A DNA stretch of 25,635 nt from a virus (IMGVR_UViG_3300017754_001581:1-25635); one strand, 5' to 3'; shown: positions 16,404-23,941, counted from the first letter of the stretch. The notes: a model not told the origin generated them from the letters alone. Translations and numbers: made by a program.

Positions 16404-16918
16404 GCGACGACGTTGACGACCTGATCTCCGACATCATCCGCCGCGAGGGCGGCTATGTGAACCACCCGGACGACCGGGGCGGCCCGACCAACTACGGGAT
16501 CACGCAGGCCACCCTGTCGGAGTGGCGGCGCCAGCCCGTGACCGAGTTCCAGGTCAAGACCCTGTCGGAAGGCGAGGCCCGCGAGATCTACCGCGACCGC
16601 TACGTCACGAAGCCGGGCTTCGACGCCATCCCCGACGCGGGCGTGAAGGCGTTCCTGATCGACTACGGCGTCAACTCCGGGCCGGGAACGGCGGTCAAGG
16701 CCCTGCAAAGCGTGCTGGGCGTGCAGGCTGACGGCGCGTTCGGCCCCCAGAGCAAGGCAGCCCTCGCCAAGGTCACGAATTGGCCGGCGCTCTACAATGC
16801 GCTGATCGCCCAGCGTTCGCAGTTCTTCCTCGGCATCGTGGGCCGGGATCACTCTCAGGCCGTGTTCGCCCTTGGGTGGCGCAACCGCATTGCCGAGTTC
16901 AAGCCGAGGATTGCCTGA
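16400..16918 (+). CDS. Endolysin, glycoside hydrolase family 108 with C-terminal peptidoglycan-binding domain
   Basis: REGGYVNHPDDRGGPTNYGIT, DYGVNSGPG, DGAFGPQS, FALGWRNR motifs. Confidence 0.92.
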   Translation: MSDDVDDLISDIIRREGGYVNHPDDRGGPTNYGITQATLSEWRRQPVTEFQVKTLSEGEAREIYRDRYVTKPGFDAIPDAGVKAFLIDYGVNSGPGTAVKALQSVLGVQADGAFGPQSKAALAKVTNWPALYNALIAQRSQFFLGIVGRDHSQAVFALGWRNRIAEFKPRIA

Positions 16919-17472
16919 TGCCCCTCATCCCCCTGCTGCTCGGCCTCGCGCCGACCGTCGCTTCATGGCTCATGGGCGACAAGACCGGCAAAGCCGTGGA
17001 GACGGTGACGGGCATCGCCCGCGACATTCTCGGCACCACGGACGCGGACGGGATCGAGAGGGCGGTCGCGGCCGACCCGAACCTCGCACTGCAATTCAAA
17101 ATGGCAGTTTTGCAGGCTGAGGCCGACGCCCGCGCGCATACCGAGCGGCTGCGGCAACAGGATCTCGACGCGGTGAAGGCCCAGCTCGCTGACGTGGCGA
17201 GCGCCCGTTCCCAGACCGTCGATCTAGCCAAGGCGGGATCATCGATCGCCTGGAGCGCCCCGGCCATCAGCACGCTCGTCACTGTCGCCTTCATGGGTGC
17301 CCTGTGGGTGGTCGTGACGCAGGAAATCCCGGTCAACTCGCGCGAGATCGCCTACATCCTGCTGGGCACGCTGGCGGCCAAATGGGGCGACGTGGTGGCC
17401 TATTGGGTCGGCTCGTCCAGCGGATCGGCGGCGAAGGATGCCACCCTACGGGCGGCTGTCAGTCAGAAGTAG
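16918..17472 (+). CDS. Holin-like membrane protein (3TM/GTA-holin-like)
   Basis: N-terminal hydrophobic helix, DVASAR motif, two C-terminal TMs, YWVGSSSGSAAKD. Confidence 0.65.
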   Translation: MPLIPLLLGLAPTVASWLMGDKTGKAVETVTGIARDILGTTDADGIERAVAADPNLALQFKMAVLQAEADARAHTERLRQQDLDAVKAQLADVASARSQTVDLAKAGSSIAWSAPAISTLVTVAFMGALWVVVTQEIPVNSREIAYILLGTLAAKWGDVVAYWVGSSSGSAAKDATLRAAVSQK

Positions 17473-17497
17473 GGGTTCATCGCCTGCGGCGATGCCC
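17473..17497. terminator. Hairpin between convergent genes, possible bidirectional terminator
   Basis: GGG-tt-CATCGCC-tgc-GGCGATG-CCC directly after lysis stop; weak U tracts. Confidence 0.45.
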
Positions 17498-17532
17498 TGT
17501 TCCCCTCCGGCGGCTAGACCTTCCGGCTTCCG

Positions 17533-17700
17533 TCAATGGATTTCGTCAGCGCCTCGCGCGGCTTTCTCTTGGGCGAGATGCTTCATTTGCTCAACCTCCT
17601 CGTCGGTAAGAGGCTTCCGGCGCAAGGCGTCCACGTTGAGCCAAACGTCCCCATCGCGGTCCATCCACCAACGGCGGGTTGATTCCTGGGGGCGTTTCAT
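17533..17700 (-). CDS. Hypothetical 55-aa protein
   Basis: AAGAGAGG RBS before ATG 17700 (MKRPQESTRRWW...). Confidence 0.55.
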   Translation of the reverse strand: MKRPQESTRRWWMDRDGDVWLNVDALRRKPLTDEEVEQMKHLAQEKAARGADEIH

Positions 17701-17710
17701 ACGGCCTCTC

Positions 17711-17739
17711 TTGCTGTCAAGCGCGAGCGTTGTTAGACT
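17711..17739 (+). promoter_or_regulatory. Putative sigma70 promoter for sRNA
   Basis: TTGCTG-17-TAGACT with extended TG. Confidence 0.55.
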
Positions 17740-17745
17740 GCGCTT

Positions 17746-17810
17746 GGGTTGAACGAATTGCAAAGACTGTTACCCCGGCGCCGACTTCACTCGGCGCCGG
17801 GTTTATTTTT
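17746..17810 (+). ncRNA. Predicted ~65-nt small RNA
   Basis: Promoter at 17711-17739, AU-rich 5' segment, intrinsic terminator at 17774-17810; no complete ORF inside. Confidence 0.45.
17774..17810 (+). terminator. Rho-independent terminator (probably also ends the leftward operon)
   Basis: Perfect 11-bp stem CCCGGCGCCGA/TCGGCGCCGGG, 6-nt loop, then TTTATTTTT. Confidence 0.85.
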
Positions 17811-17976
17811 GCTTCGGTGCCTGCGGCCTTTCGGACAGCACGACAAGCGCGGCGGGGCGGAAATCCTCCCAAGCCGGATACGAAAACGACGACCGCCCAT
17901 AATCTCGCAAATAGCGGTCGGGGTTCTGGCCGGCGGCCTTGCATAGTTGCCGCGCTATTTGCTCAACGGCATCCAT
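17803..17976 (-). CDS. Hypothetical 57-aa phage protein (absent from ORF track)
   Basis: Manual translation MDAVEQIARQLCKAAGQNPDRYLRDYGRSSFSYPAWEDFRPAALVVLSERPQAPKQK; TGATG-coupled to upstream gene; stop abuts the terminator. Confidence 0.7.
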   Translation of the reverse strand: MDAVEQIARQLCKAAGQNPDRYLRDYGRSSFSYPAWEDFRPAALVVLSERPQAPKQK

Positions 17977-18257
17977 CAATGCACCACGCGCAAGTCGGTT
18001 CGGCGGCGCATCTCCGCAAACCCGTCGTATCCGTAAATGATTTCTGCCGTGCCATCCTCGATGGACCGCAGGAGGCGCACGGCGCCCAGAATAGGGTTGC
18101 GGCCAAGCCCCTCATTCTTGCAGGCGGTCACAGCAAACCCCAAAACAAGATGGCCGATGATGCGCCGGTCTTCCTCGTCCAAACCAAGGAACCGAGGGAA
18201 CCAGACGATAGCGCCCTGATAGGTTTCGCGGCAGTTGATCCCGTTTTGCAACATCAT
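17976..18257 (-). CDS. Hypothetical protein
   Basis: AGAAGGAG RBS; coupled to next gene. Confidence 0.65.
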   Translation of the reverse strand: MMLQNGINCRETYQGAIVWFPRFLGLDEEDRRIIGHLVLGFAVTACKNEGLGRNPILGAVRLLRSIEDGTAEIIYGYDGFAEMRRRTDLRVVH

Positions 18258-18273
18258 GCGTCACACTCCTTCT

Positions 18274-18513
18274 CTAAAGTAGGCCGGTCGGCGCGGCTAA
18301 ACCTTCCAACGCATTGAGGGCCGCACAAACTGTGTCGGCATCTTCCTCACAAAAGCATTCGCAGATGGTTTCGTAGACAGCCCCCTCGGGCAGCACCATC
18401 TGCTTTCCATCGCCGCCGATAACTGGCTCCATGGTGTCGACCACGGTGTGCGTGAAGCAACAGTGCGCCGATTTGCTGCCTTTAATCACAAGGTATCTTG
18501 CGGGCTTGTTCAT
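18274..18513 (-). CDS. Cys-rich hypothetical phage protein
   Basis: GAGG RBS; SAHCCF..TVVDT and ICECF...DA..VCAALN motifs. Confidence 0.7.
   Translation of the reverse strand: MNKPARYLVIKGSKSAHCCFTHTVVDTMEPVIGGDGKQMVLPEGAVYETICECFCEEDADTVCAALNALEGLAAPTGLL
18278..18296 (-). repeat. 19-bp gene-boundary repeat, copy 1 (CCGCGCCGACCGGCCTACT)
   Basis: Near-identical to 18533-18551 and 19606-19624. Confidence 0.8.
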
Positions 18514-18532
18514 CGGTCTAATCCTCTTATGC

Positions 18533-18551
18533 AGTAGGCCGGCCGGCGCGG
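18533..18551 (-). repeat. 19-bp gene-boundary repeat, copy 2 (CCGCGCCGGCCGGCCTACT)
   Basis: 18/19 identical to copy 1. Confidence 0.8.
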
Positions 18552-18582
18552 TATGGCGTCCTTTAGGGCGCCCGCGTAGCCA

Positions 18583-18789
18583 TTAATCCTTGGTAGAAGG
18601 GGAGAGCGCGGCGTCTATGGCCGCCCGATATTCGACGTAAAGAATATCACCCAAAGTCCGCCGCCTGCCGGTGGGACGAAAGCAAGTCGCGGCTGCCTCC
18701 AGCATCCCCTCCGTAGGCTCGCGCATTGCCTCGATAGCCGCTCGGGCTGCGTAGAGCGCAATTGTATTCAGCCGGTCGGAATGGCTCAT
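18583..18789 (-). CDS. Hypothetical phage protein
   Basis: ARAAIEAMREPTEGMLEAA...YRAAIDAAL motif common in phage early regions. Confidence 0.7.
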   Translation of the reverse strand: MSHSDRLNTIALYAARAAIEAMREPTEGMLEAAATCFRPTGRRRTLGDILYVEYRAAIDAALSPSTKD

Positions 18790-18793
18790 GGTA

Positions 18794-18859
18794 TTATCGG
18801 GCGCGAGTCAACGTGCGACGCGACCAGCCCAACCGCTCGGCGGCCTCGTTGAGCGTCAT
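18794..18859 (-). pseudogene. Truncated excisionase-like HTH remnant
   Basis: Manual translation MTLNEAAERLGWSRRTLTRAR* (21 aa) with GAGG upstream; N-terminal half of a Xis/HTH_17-type domain. Confidence 0.55.
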
Positions 18860-18909
18860 CGCCTCACTCATCCTTCTTCTCCTGCACCACGGGGTTGCGG
18901 TCTGTCATT

Positions 18910-19269
18910 CTATTGGTCCTTATGGAAGTGGAGTGGCTCGCTGCGTGGTCTATTGCGGCAGCGTCCTTTATTTTTCTTATCGGCCATGTTTTCGGCGTGT
19001 GTGCCCAGTCGCAGGTGATTAACGTTGATGCAGCTTGGAACGTCGCATTTGTGAAGTACGAACAGACCGGCAGGAATGGGACCTCTTGCGTCCACCCACG
19101 CCATACGGTGAGCGGGCTCTTGCTTCCCCCGCCATGATACTTTCCCGTACCCCATGTCACCGGCTGTCGCCCCCATCCATAGAACGCATCCGCTGTTCGG
19201 TTCGGGAATAGAAAAGCAATCAAGCCGCTCCCGTAAAGAAGCAAACCAAGGGCTACCTCTCTTGGGCAT
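18910..19269 (-). CDS. HNH homing endonuclease (HNH_3 type)
   Basis: GCVLWMG, GYG, AHRMAW...GPIP.GL.VLHKCD.PSCIN.NHL.LGT..EN..D. Confidence 0.9.
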   Translation of the reverse strand: MPKRGSPWFASLRERLDCFSIPEPNSGCVLWMGATAGDMGYGKVSWRGKQEPAHRMAWVDARGPIPAGLFVLHKCDVPSCINVNHLRLGTHAENMADKKNKGRCRNRPRSEPLHFHKDQ

Positions 19270-19296
19270 CTTTCACCTGTTCCGCTCTCTCAACTG

Positions 19297-19584
19297 CTAC
19301 CTTCCGGCTTTGATCGCTCCACTGACCGCTGCGGCAACACGCTTGCCGAAGTGTTCGACAACGCCACCGCTGTAAGCGTTCACCGTGCTGATCGCCGCAT
19401 GCGAAATCAGATCAAGAGACACAACATCAAGAGAAACGCTAATAGGCGGTTCGATGATCTTGCAAGCGTCTAGGTCCGCAACAAGGATGGGAATAAACCC
19501 GCCATCCTCCAGTGCCTTGCGATGATCTTCGCTGAGTGCAGCGCCATCGGTGTAAAGGAAAATACGAAGCGGCTTCTTAGACAT
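19297..19584 (-). CDS. Hypothetical protein
   Basis: GGAG RBS; fills the operon gap. Confidence 0.65.
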   Translation of the reverse strand: MSKKPLRIFLYTDGAALSEDHRKALEDGGFIPILVADLDACKIIEPPISVSLDVVSLDLISHAAISTVNAYSGGVVEHFGKRVAAAVSGAIKAGR

Positions 19585-19605
19585 CTTTCACACTCCATTA
19601 ATTGC

Positions 19606-19624
19606 AGTAGGTCGGTCGGTGCGG
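19606..19624 (-). repeat. 19-bp gene-boundary repeat, copy 3 (CCGCACCGACCGACCTACT)
   Basis: 17/19 identical to copy 1; shares downstream GGAGTGTGA with copy 1. Confidence 0.75.
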
Positions 19625-19648
19625 AGCGGCAACGCCGCGAGCCAGCCC

Positions 19649-20017
19649 CTATTCCTTTTGTGAGAGGGCGCGGATGGATGCGGCAATCGTCGCGCATGTT
19701 TCCAGATGCGATCCGATCTGGACGCGACGGTCGCCAGAGCCCTTGAGGCGCACAAGCTCGCCGGCAAGTTGCTCCGCCACCTTCGCCGCTTCTTCCAGCG
19801 CCTCTCTCCTCACGTCCTCACTTGAGGAGGGGGAGCGGCGGTTCCATACGGCGATGGCTTCTGCGGGCGTCGGTTTGGCTGGACCATACGCCGCGCACGC
19901 ATCGCACGTCACATAACTCCAAAACCTAATACAAAGACGCACGCGCTCCGCGTTATCGCACCACGGGCACGGCTTAAGCGTCTCCCCCTTCTGGGAGGGG
20001 ATGGCGGTGGAGGTCAT
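19649..20017 (-). CDS. Lar family restriction-alleviation protein with C-terminal extension
   Basis: LKPCPWC...VTCDACAAYGP.....EAIAVWNRR; ATGA overlap at 20014-20017. Confidence 0.8.
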   Translation of the reverse strand: MTSTAIPSQKGETLKPCPWCDNAERVRLCIRFWSYVTCDACAAYGPAKPTPAEAIAVWNRRSPSSSEDVRREALEEAAKVAEQLAGELVRLKGSGDRRVQIGSHLETCATIAASIRALSQKE

Positions 20018-20346
20018 GGCTCGATCCTTCGGGTCCAGTAATTGTATCCGGGCGGGGGCTTGGGGAAGCTGCTGGGCTTCTTGATGCCGAGGTGTTTGCG
20101 GGATTGCCGCTTGGCTTTGGCAATGCGCGGCTGGTCGATGGTGGCCGTGTGGACCTTGTGGCAGGTCCGGTGCGCGACCTTGAGGTTGTCGCCGCCATCC
20201 TCGCCCAACAGTGCCAGGGGCCGGTCGTGGCTCACGTCCCATTCCTCACCAACGCGGATTTTGCGCTCGCACAGGTGGCAGACGCCGCCGTTGGCGAGGA
20301 AGATTCGCTCGCGCTGCATGTCCGAGATTTTGCGGCGGGCGGTCAT
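20014..20346 (-). CDS. HNH endonuclease
   Basis: CHLC...WDVSHDRPLALLGED...NL...H..CHK.HT. Confidence 0.85.
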   Translation of the reverse strand: MTARRKISDMQRERIFLANGGVCHLCERKIRVGEEWDVSHDRPLALLGEDGGDNLKVAHRTCHKVHTATIDQPRIAKAKRQSRKHLGIKKPSSFPKPPPGYNYWTRRIEP

Positions 20347-20804
20347 GCGGCTGCCTTTTCCGCGTCGGCAAGCAAGTCGCCCGGATCGGTGAGCGCCACG
20401 CCTCTCTCCGAAAAGTGCCGATGCACGCCGTCCAGATAGGCCGTGGCCTGCTTGGTCGTCATGAGCCGGGTAATCGGGAAGTCCATGGGCTCCATCATGA
20501 GGGCCAGTTTCTGCTCGTAGGGCAGAGGCCTCACGATGGCGTCGTAGCGTTCCCGGAAGCCCTCATGCTCTGCCCGCAGGATCGGGACGCCGATGGTCAG
20601 CTTGCAATAGCCGCGCACTTCCTCCGGTGTCTGGTCGCCCAACTGCTCGGCAATCTCGTTGATCCACAACCGTTGCAGCTTGTTCTGCCGCAGGGTCCGC
20701 TTTCCGCCTTTGGACAGGGTGACGGTCAGCGGCAGCGGCTGATCCTCGATAAAGCGGAGCAGCAGCCGGCGGTCGGCTTCTGTTTCGAGGAAGCGCGTGG
20801 TCAT
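20343..20804 (-). CDS. NinB/Orf-like recombination protein
   Basis: KRTLRQNKL..LW..EIAEQ, CKL..GVPIL, TRLMTTKQ...YLD...GV.L motifs; start at ATG 20804. Confidence 0.7.
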   Translation of the reverse strand: MTTRFLETEADRRLLLRFIEDQPLPLTVTLSKGGKRTLRQNKLQRLWINEIAEQLGDQTPEEVRGYCKLTIGVPILRAEHEGFRERYDAIVRPLPYEQKLALMMEPMDFPITRLMTTKQATAYLDGVHRHFSERGVALTDPGDLLADAEKAAA

Positions 20805-21436
20805 CGGATCGCCGTCCGGACCTGCTCGAAGATGCGGACGCCGGGGATCTCGCGCCGCCCGCCGGCAATGGCCGCCTTGATGGCCGCCTCGTTGACCATC
20901 AGGTACTCGCGCGGCACCTGGGCGGCGTCGGTGACTTCGTGAACCCACTTCACGGACGCGGCGGCCTTCGTCCCGCTGAAGCCGACCACGCGAGCGGCCT
21001 CCTTGGCGATCACGGGCGCGCTGGGCGCGGGTGCCGGTTCCTCGAAAGCCTCGGCCTCCTTGCGGGCGCGCTCATCGGCCTCGCGCTGGATGCGGCGCTG
21101 CTCCTCCAACTTCTTCGTCTGGAAGGCGTTGATCGCGGCAACGACACGATCCGCCGCCGCCTTGACCGGCTCCGACATGACGGCGAAGTGCCCGTCGATC
21201 GCGCGGCCATCCTTCAGGATTTGGTCCTTCTCCTTCTTGCGCGCCGTCTCGATGGCCGTCAGGCACGCCTTCAGGGTCTTGGCCGTCTCGGCATAGGCCC
21301 CGGCATCGTCGTCGGTCGTGACCGGCGCGAGGGTTTCGGGGACCAGCGCCGCGCACTCAACCGCTTTGGCGGAGAGGTCGGCGTGTTCGATCTCCAGCCG
21401 CTCGGCCAGCGGCGGGGCGTTGTGGTGGCGGTCCAT
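20801..21436 (-). CDS. Coiled-coil recombination-module protein (Gp157-like C-terminus)
   Basis: VPREYLMVNEAAIKAAIAGGRREIPGVRI; adjacent to erf. Confidence 0.6.
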   Translation of the reverse strand: MDRHHNAPPLAERLEIEHADLSAKAVECAALVPETLAPVTTDDDAGAYAETAKTLKACLTAIETARKKEKDQILKDGRAIDGHFAVMSEPVKAAADRVVAAINAFQTKKLEEQRRIQREADERARKEAEAFEEPAPAPSAPVIAKEAARVVGFSGTKAAASVKWVHEVTDAAQVPREYLMVNEAAIKAAIAGGRREIPGVRIFEQVRTAIR

Positions 21437-22215
21437 CAGGCGTCCACCTTCCGCTCAAGGGCTTCGTTGTAGGCGTCGAGCAGGCGCTCGTATTCGGTGG
21501 GCAGCGCCGTCTCGATCACATCGACCTTCAGCTTGTTCTCGGCCCACCAGTCGCGGGCGATGTGTTCGTCGGTGTTGTCCTGGCGGAGGAACGCGACCGA
21601 CTCCTTGACCCACTGGATGCGCTTGACGGCATTGCCTGCGGCTTCCGGGGCGTTGATGGGCGCGGCGGCTTTGCCGGGAAGTTGCCCCTTCGGCCGTTCG
21701 GCGATGAGATGCGGTTCTTCCTGGGCCATGCGCTGGCCGGTGGCCGAACCCTGCCGACGCTCGGGGCGGAAGTGCGCGCCAGCGCCCGCTGAGCCCACAG
21801 GCCCCACAGCCGCGTTGCCGTCATCGTCCTCGGGCGCGACACCAACCAGCGCCATCAGGGCGTAGCGGCGGGCGTAGGTGGCTGCCGAGCCGTAGCCCTG
21901 TGCGTCCTGCTTACTGGCCGGCATGGCGAGCACGGAGCCGATCTGCTGGCCGCTGGTGTGCAGGAGGATCGTCTCGACCTCGATGCCGTTCTGGACATCA
22001 CGAAGGAGCTGCACCACCGACAGGCCGTTGCTGGTCAGCGGCTCGCGGATGGCGGCCCACACGGCGGCAAGGTCCGCGTACTTGTTCTTGAAATGCGGGT
22101 TGGTCGCGTCCTTCTTCGCGCCTTCCATCTGGGCCTGGGCCTTACACAAGGCGGCGGCCAGTTCAGCGATGGGCGGTCGGGTCAGGCTTTCGGGCTGGAT
22201 CATCGTGTCAGGCAT
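21436..22215 (-). CDS. erf: ERF family single-strand annealing recombinase
   Basis: KDATNPHFKNKYADL, QGYGSAATYARRYAL, EDDDGN; AAGGAG RBS before ATG 22215. Confidence 0.92.
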   Translation of the reverse strand: MPDTMIQPESLTRPPIAELAAALCKAQAQMEGAKKDATNPHFKNKYADLAAVWAAIREPLTSNGLSVVQLLRDVQNGIEVETILLHTSGQQIGSVLAMPASKQDAQGYGSAATYARRYALMALVGVAPEDDDGNAAVGPVGSAGAGAHFRPERRQGSATGQRMAQEEPHLIAERPKGQLPGKAAAPINAPEAAGNAVKRIQWVKESVAFLRQDNTDEHIARDWWAENKLKVDVIETALPTEYERLLDAYNEALERKVDA

Positions 22216-22253
22216 CTGTTCTACTCCTTGGGTTGTAGGCGGTGGGTTGGGGT

Positions 22254-22418
22254 TCACCGCTTCGCGGTGCCCTGTTCCCCTTCGTCATCGGCCATCTCGT
22301 CCGCGCAATCGGCACAGAGGAGTTGGTGCGGTCGGTGATACTTGGACGCGGGCGCTTCCTCGCAGCCGTCGTCGCTGTCGCGGAGGTTTTGGCACTCGGC
22401 GCAGAAAAACATGCTCAT
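22254..22418 (-). CDS. Small zinc-finger protein
   Basis: CAEC...CADC; GGAGG RBS; ATGA overlap. Confidence 0.65.
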   Translation of the reverse strand: MSMFFCAECQNLRDSDDGCEEAPASKYHRPHQLLCADCADEMADDEGEQGTAKR

Positions 22419-22720
22419 GCCTGCCTCCCTTCGCGAACCATCGCCGCCACGTTCCGCAGGGGCAGGGGGCCGATCACGTCGCCATCCTTGAAGGCCACGA
22501 TGGAGCCGACGATGCCGTCGCGCTCGCCGCTCTCGACTTCGCCGTAGTGGTCCACGGCCTCGTTGAGATTGAAGAACGTCTCCGCGCTCCACAGGACCTT
22601 CTGGAGGAGCCTGCTGTGCTTGCCGACCGTGACCACCCAGGTATCGGCGGTGCGGACGGTGACGCGGGCATCCCCACGCGGCGCGCTGTCTAGAACGGGG
22701 GAGAGGCTGTCGGGGGCCAT
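22415..22720 (-). CDS. Hypothetical protein
   Basis: AGGAG RBS; starts MAPDS. Confidence 0.65.
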   Translation of the reverse strand: MAPDSLSPVLDSAPRGDARVTVRTADTWVVTVGKHSRLLQKVLWSAETFFNLNEAVDHYGEVESGERDGIVGSIVAFKDGDVIGPLPLRNVAAMVREGRQA

Positions 22721-22731
22721 GTTATGCTCCT
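22706..22731 (-). repeat. 26-bp exact direct repeat, copy A (AGGAGCATAACATGGCCCCCGACAGC)
   Basis: Identical to 23317-23342. Confidence 0.9.
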
Positions 22732-23074
22732 ATCGGTCGGCGCGGAGTTCGGCGGCGTAGTCGCGGGCGTCTGCGTGGTCGGCTGTGGCAATTTCAATCG
22801 CGGCGTCGTAGCCATCGCTTGAAAGCCAAGTGTCCGCCTCGGATTCGAGCGCGGCCTGCGCGAGGTCGGAGAAGGCCCCAGCGTCGCCCGCGCCGGGGCT
22901 GATCGACACGAACTCGATCTCGTCGGGATCGGCCGGGTATCCGGGATCGCCGTTGCGGAGATACATCACGGCCGGGCGCCCGGCGCGGAACTCGAACGTG
23001 ATCTCCTGTTCATCCTCCCAGTCCATGCCGTTGGTGGTGCCGTGGCGGTGCCACGTGATTTTGTGCTTGCTCAT
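22730..23074 (-). CDS. Acidic hypothetical phage protein
   Basis: NGDPGYPADPDEIEF motif; TGATG coupling. Confidence 0.7.
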   Translation of the reverse strand: MSKHKITWHRHGTTNGMDWEDEQEITFEFRAGRPAVMYLRNGDPGYPADPDEIEFVSISPGAGDAGAFSDLAQAALESEADTWLSSDGYDAAIEIATADHADARDYAAELRADR

Positions 23075-23331
23075 CACGCGGCCTCGTCCAGGAGGCCAAG
23101 ATCAGCGGCCTCGATGGCGCGCGGCTCGGCGTGGTTGATCGCGTTCTCCAGCGCGATGGACAGGGCGCAGGCGTCGGCCATGCCGAGGATAACATTGAAC
23201 TCGCCACCCGTCGCGTTGTCGCCAAACTTGAGGTTGACGAACGCGTGGTGATTGTCGGCGGGGAACCCGGTGGCGCGGATGCCCGGCTTGCCGTCGCGCT
23301 TTACGCTGAAGGTCTTGCTGTCGGGGGCCAT
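23074..23331 (-). CDS. Hypothetical protein
   Basis: AAGGAG RBS before ATG 23331; starts MAPDS. Confidence 0.65.
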   Translation of the reverse strand: MAPDSKTFSVKRDGKPGIRATGFPADNHHAFVNLKFGDNATGGEFNVILGMADACALSIALENAINHAEPRAIEAADLGLLDEAA

Positions 23332-23342
23332 GTTATGCTCCT
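23317..23342 (-). repeat. 26-bp exact direct repeat, copy B
   Basis: Identical to 22706-22731. Confidence 0.9.
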
Positions 23343-23941
23343 TCGGTTGAGGTTTCGATGCGGCCCCACTGATCACCCATGGCGTCAGCGATGCCGGGTT
23401 GTGTGCGGCTGCGAATCTTCCAACGGTCATCGCTCGGCGGTGTGAGCCAGCACGCGGGATGGCGGCCGGGTTCCTCGGGCGTCGTGGGCGCTAGTGGCGG
23501 CAAACCGTCCAGCCAAAGGCAGGTTTCCTTGACTTCGCCTTTGCCCGGCTCGCTCAGGTGCCAGAACTGCCACGGGTGGATGGCCTGCATGGGCCGCTTC
23601 CACATGGTCGAGAGTGCGCCGCGCGGGTTCTCCAGCGCCTTGCGTTTGATGGGAAGCGCCCAAAGCGTGCGGACCATGGCGAGCGCCCAATGCCGCGCCT
23701 GCATCCGCCATTCCTCGTTGGCCCAGCGGTTTGCCGATACGGTCAGATAGGTGCAGTCCGGGAACGCAATCAGCATGTCCCAGCCCATCTTGACGATGTC
23801 GTGGTCGATGACTGACTGGTGAAAATGGTACGGGCTGTTGTCGTCGGCCGGGAGAATGTCGCAGGACCAAGCGTCGTGCCCGCGACGACGAAACGCCTCG
23901 CGCACCATGCCGCTAGATTCACAGGCGACAAGGACACGCAT
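23333..23941 (-). CDS. DNA cytosine methyltransferase-like protein (short phage type)
   Basis: VLVACESSG (motif I-like), SCDI, IAFPDCT (motif IV-like), LENP (motif VI), RSRTQPGIADAM..QW. Confidence 0.8.
   Translation of the reverse strand: MRVLVACESSGMVREAFRRRGHDAWSCDILPADDNSPYHFHQSVIDHDIVKMGWDMLIAFPDCTYLTVSANRWANEEWRMQARHWALAMVRTLWALPIKRKALENPRGALSTMWKRPMQAIHPWQFWHLSEPGKGEVKETCLWLDGLPPLAPTTPEEPGRHPACWLTPPSDDRWKIRSRTQPGIADAMGDQWGRIETSTEGA

Noticed and set aside
17715-17720. Perfect TTGACA on the minus strand
   Set aside because: No -10 at 16-18 bp spacing; it would fall inside the downstream coding sequence
17907-17962. 10-bp inverted repeat GCAAATAGCG/CGCTATTTGC suggesting a riboswitch-like RNA
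   Set aside because: Lies inside a credible 57-aa coding sequence (17803-17976, minus); no recognisable aptamer
18864-19244. 126-aa alternative-frame ORF over the HNH gene
   Set aside because: The HNH frame carries all family motifs; only the last 14 codons of this frame lie outside it
18278-19624. 19-bp repeats as a CRISPR array or integron attC sites
   Set aside because: Spacing is gene-sized and irregular; no cas or integrase gene; no RYYYAAC/GTTRRRY boxes
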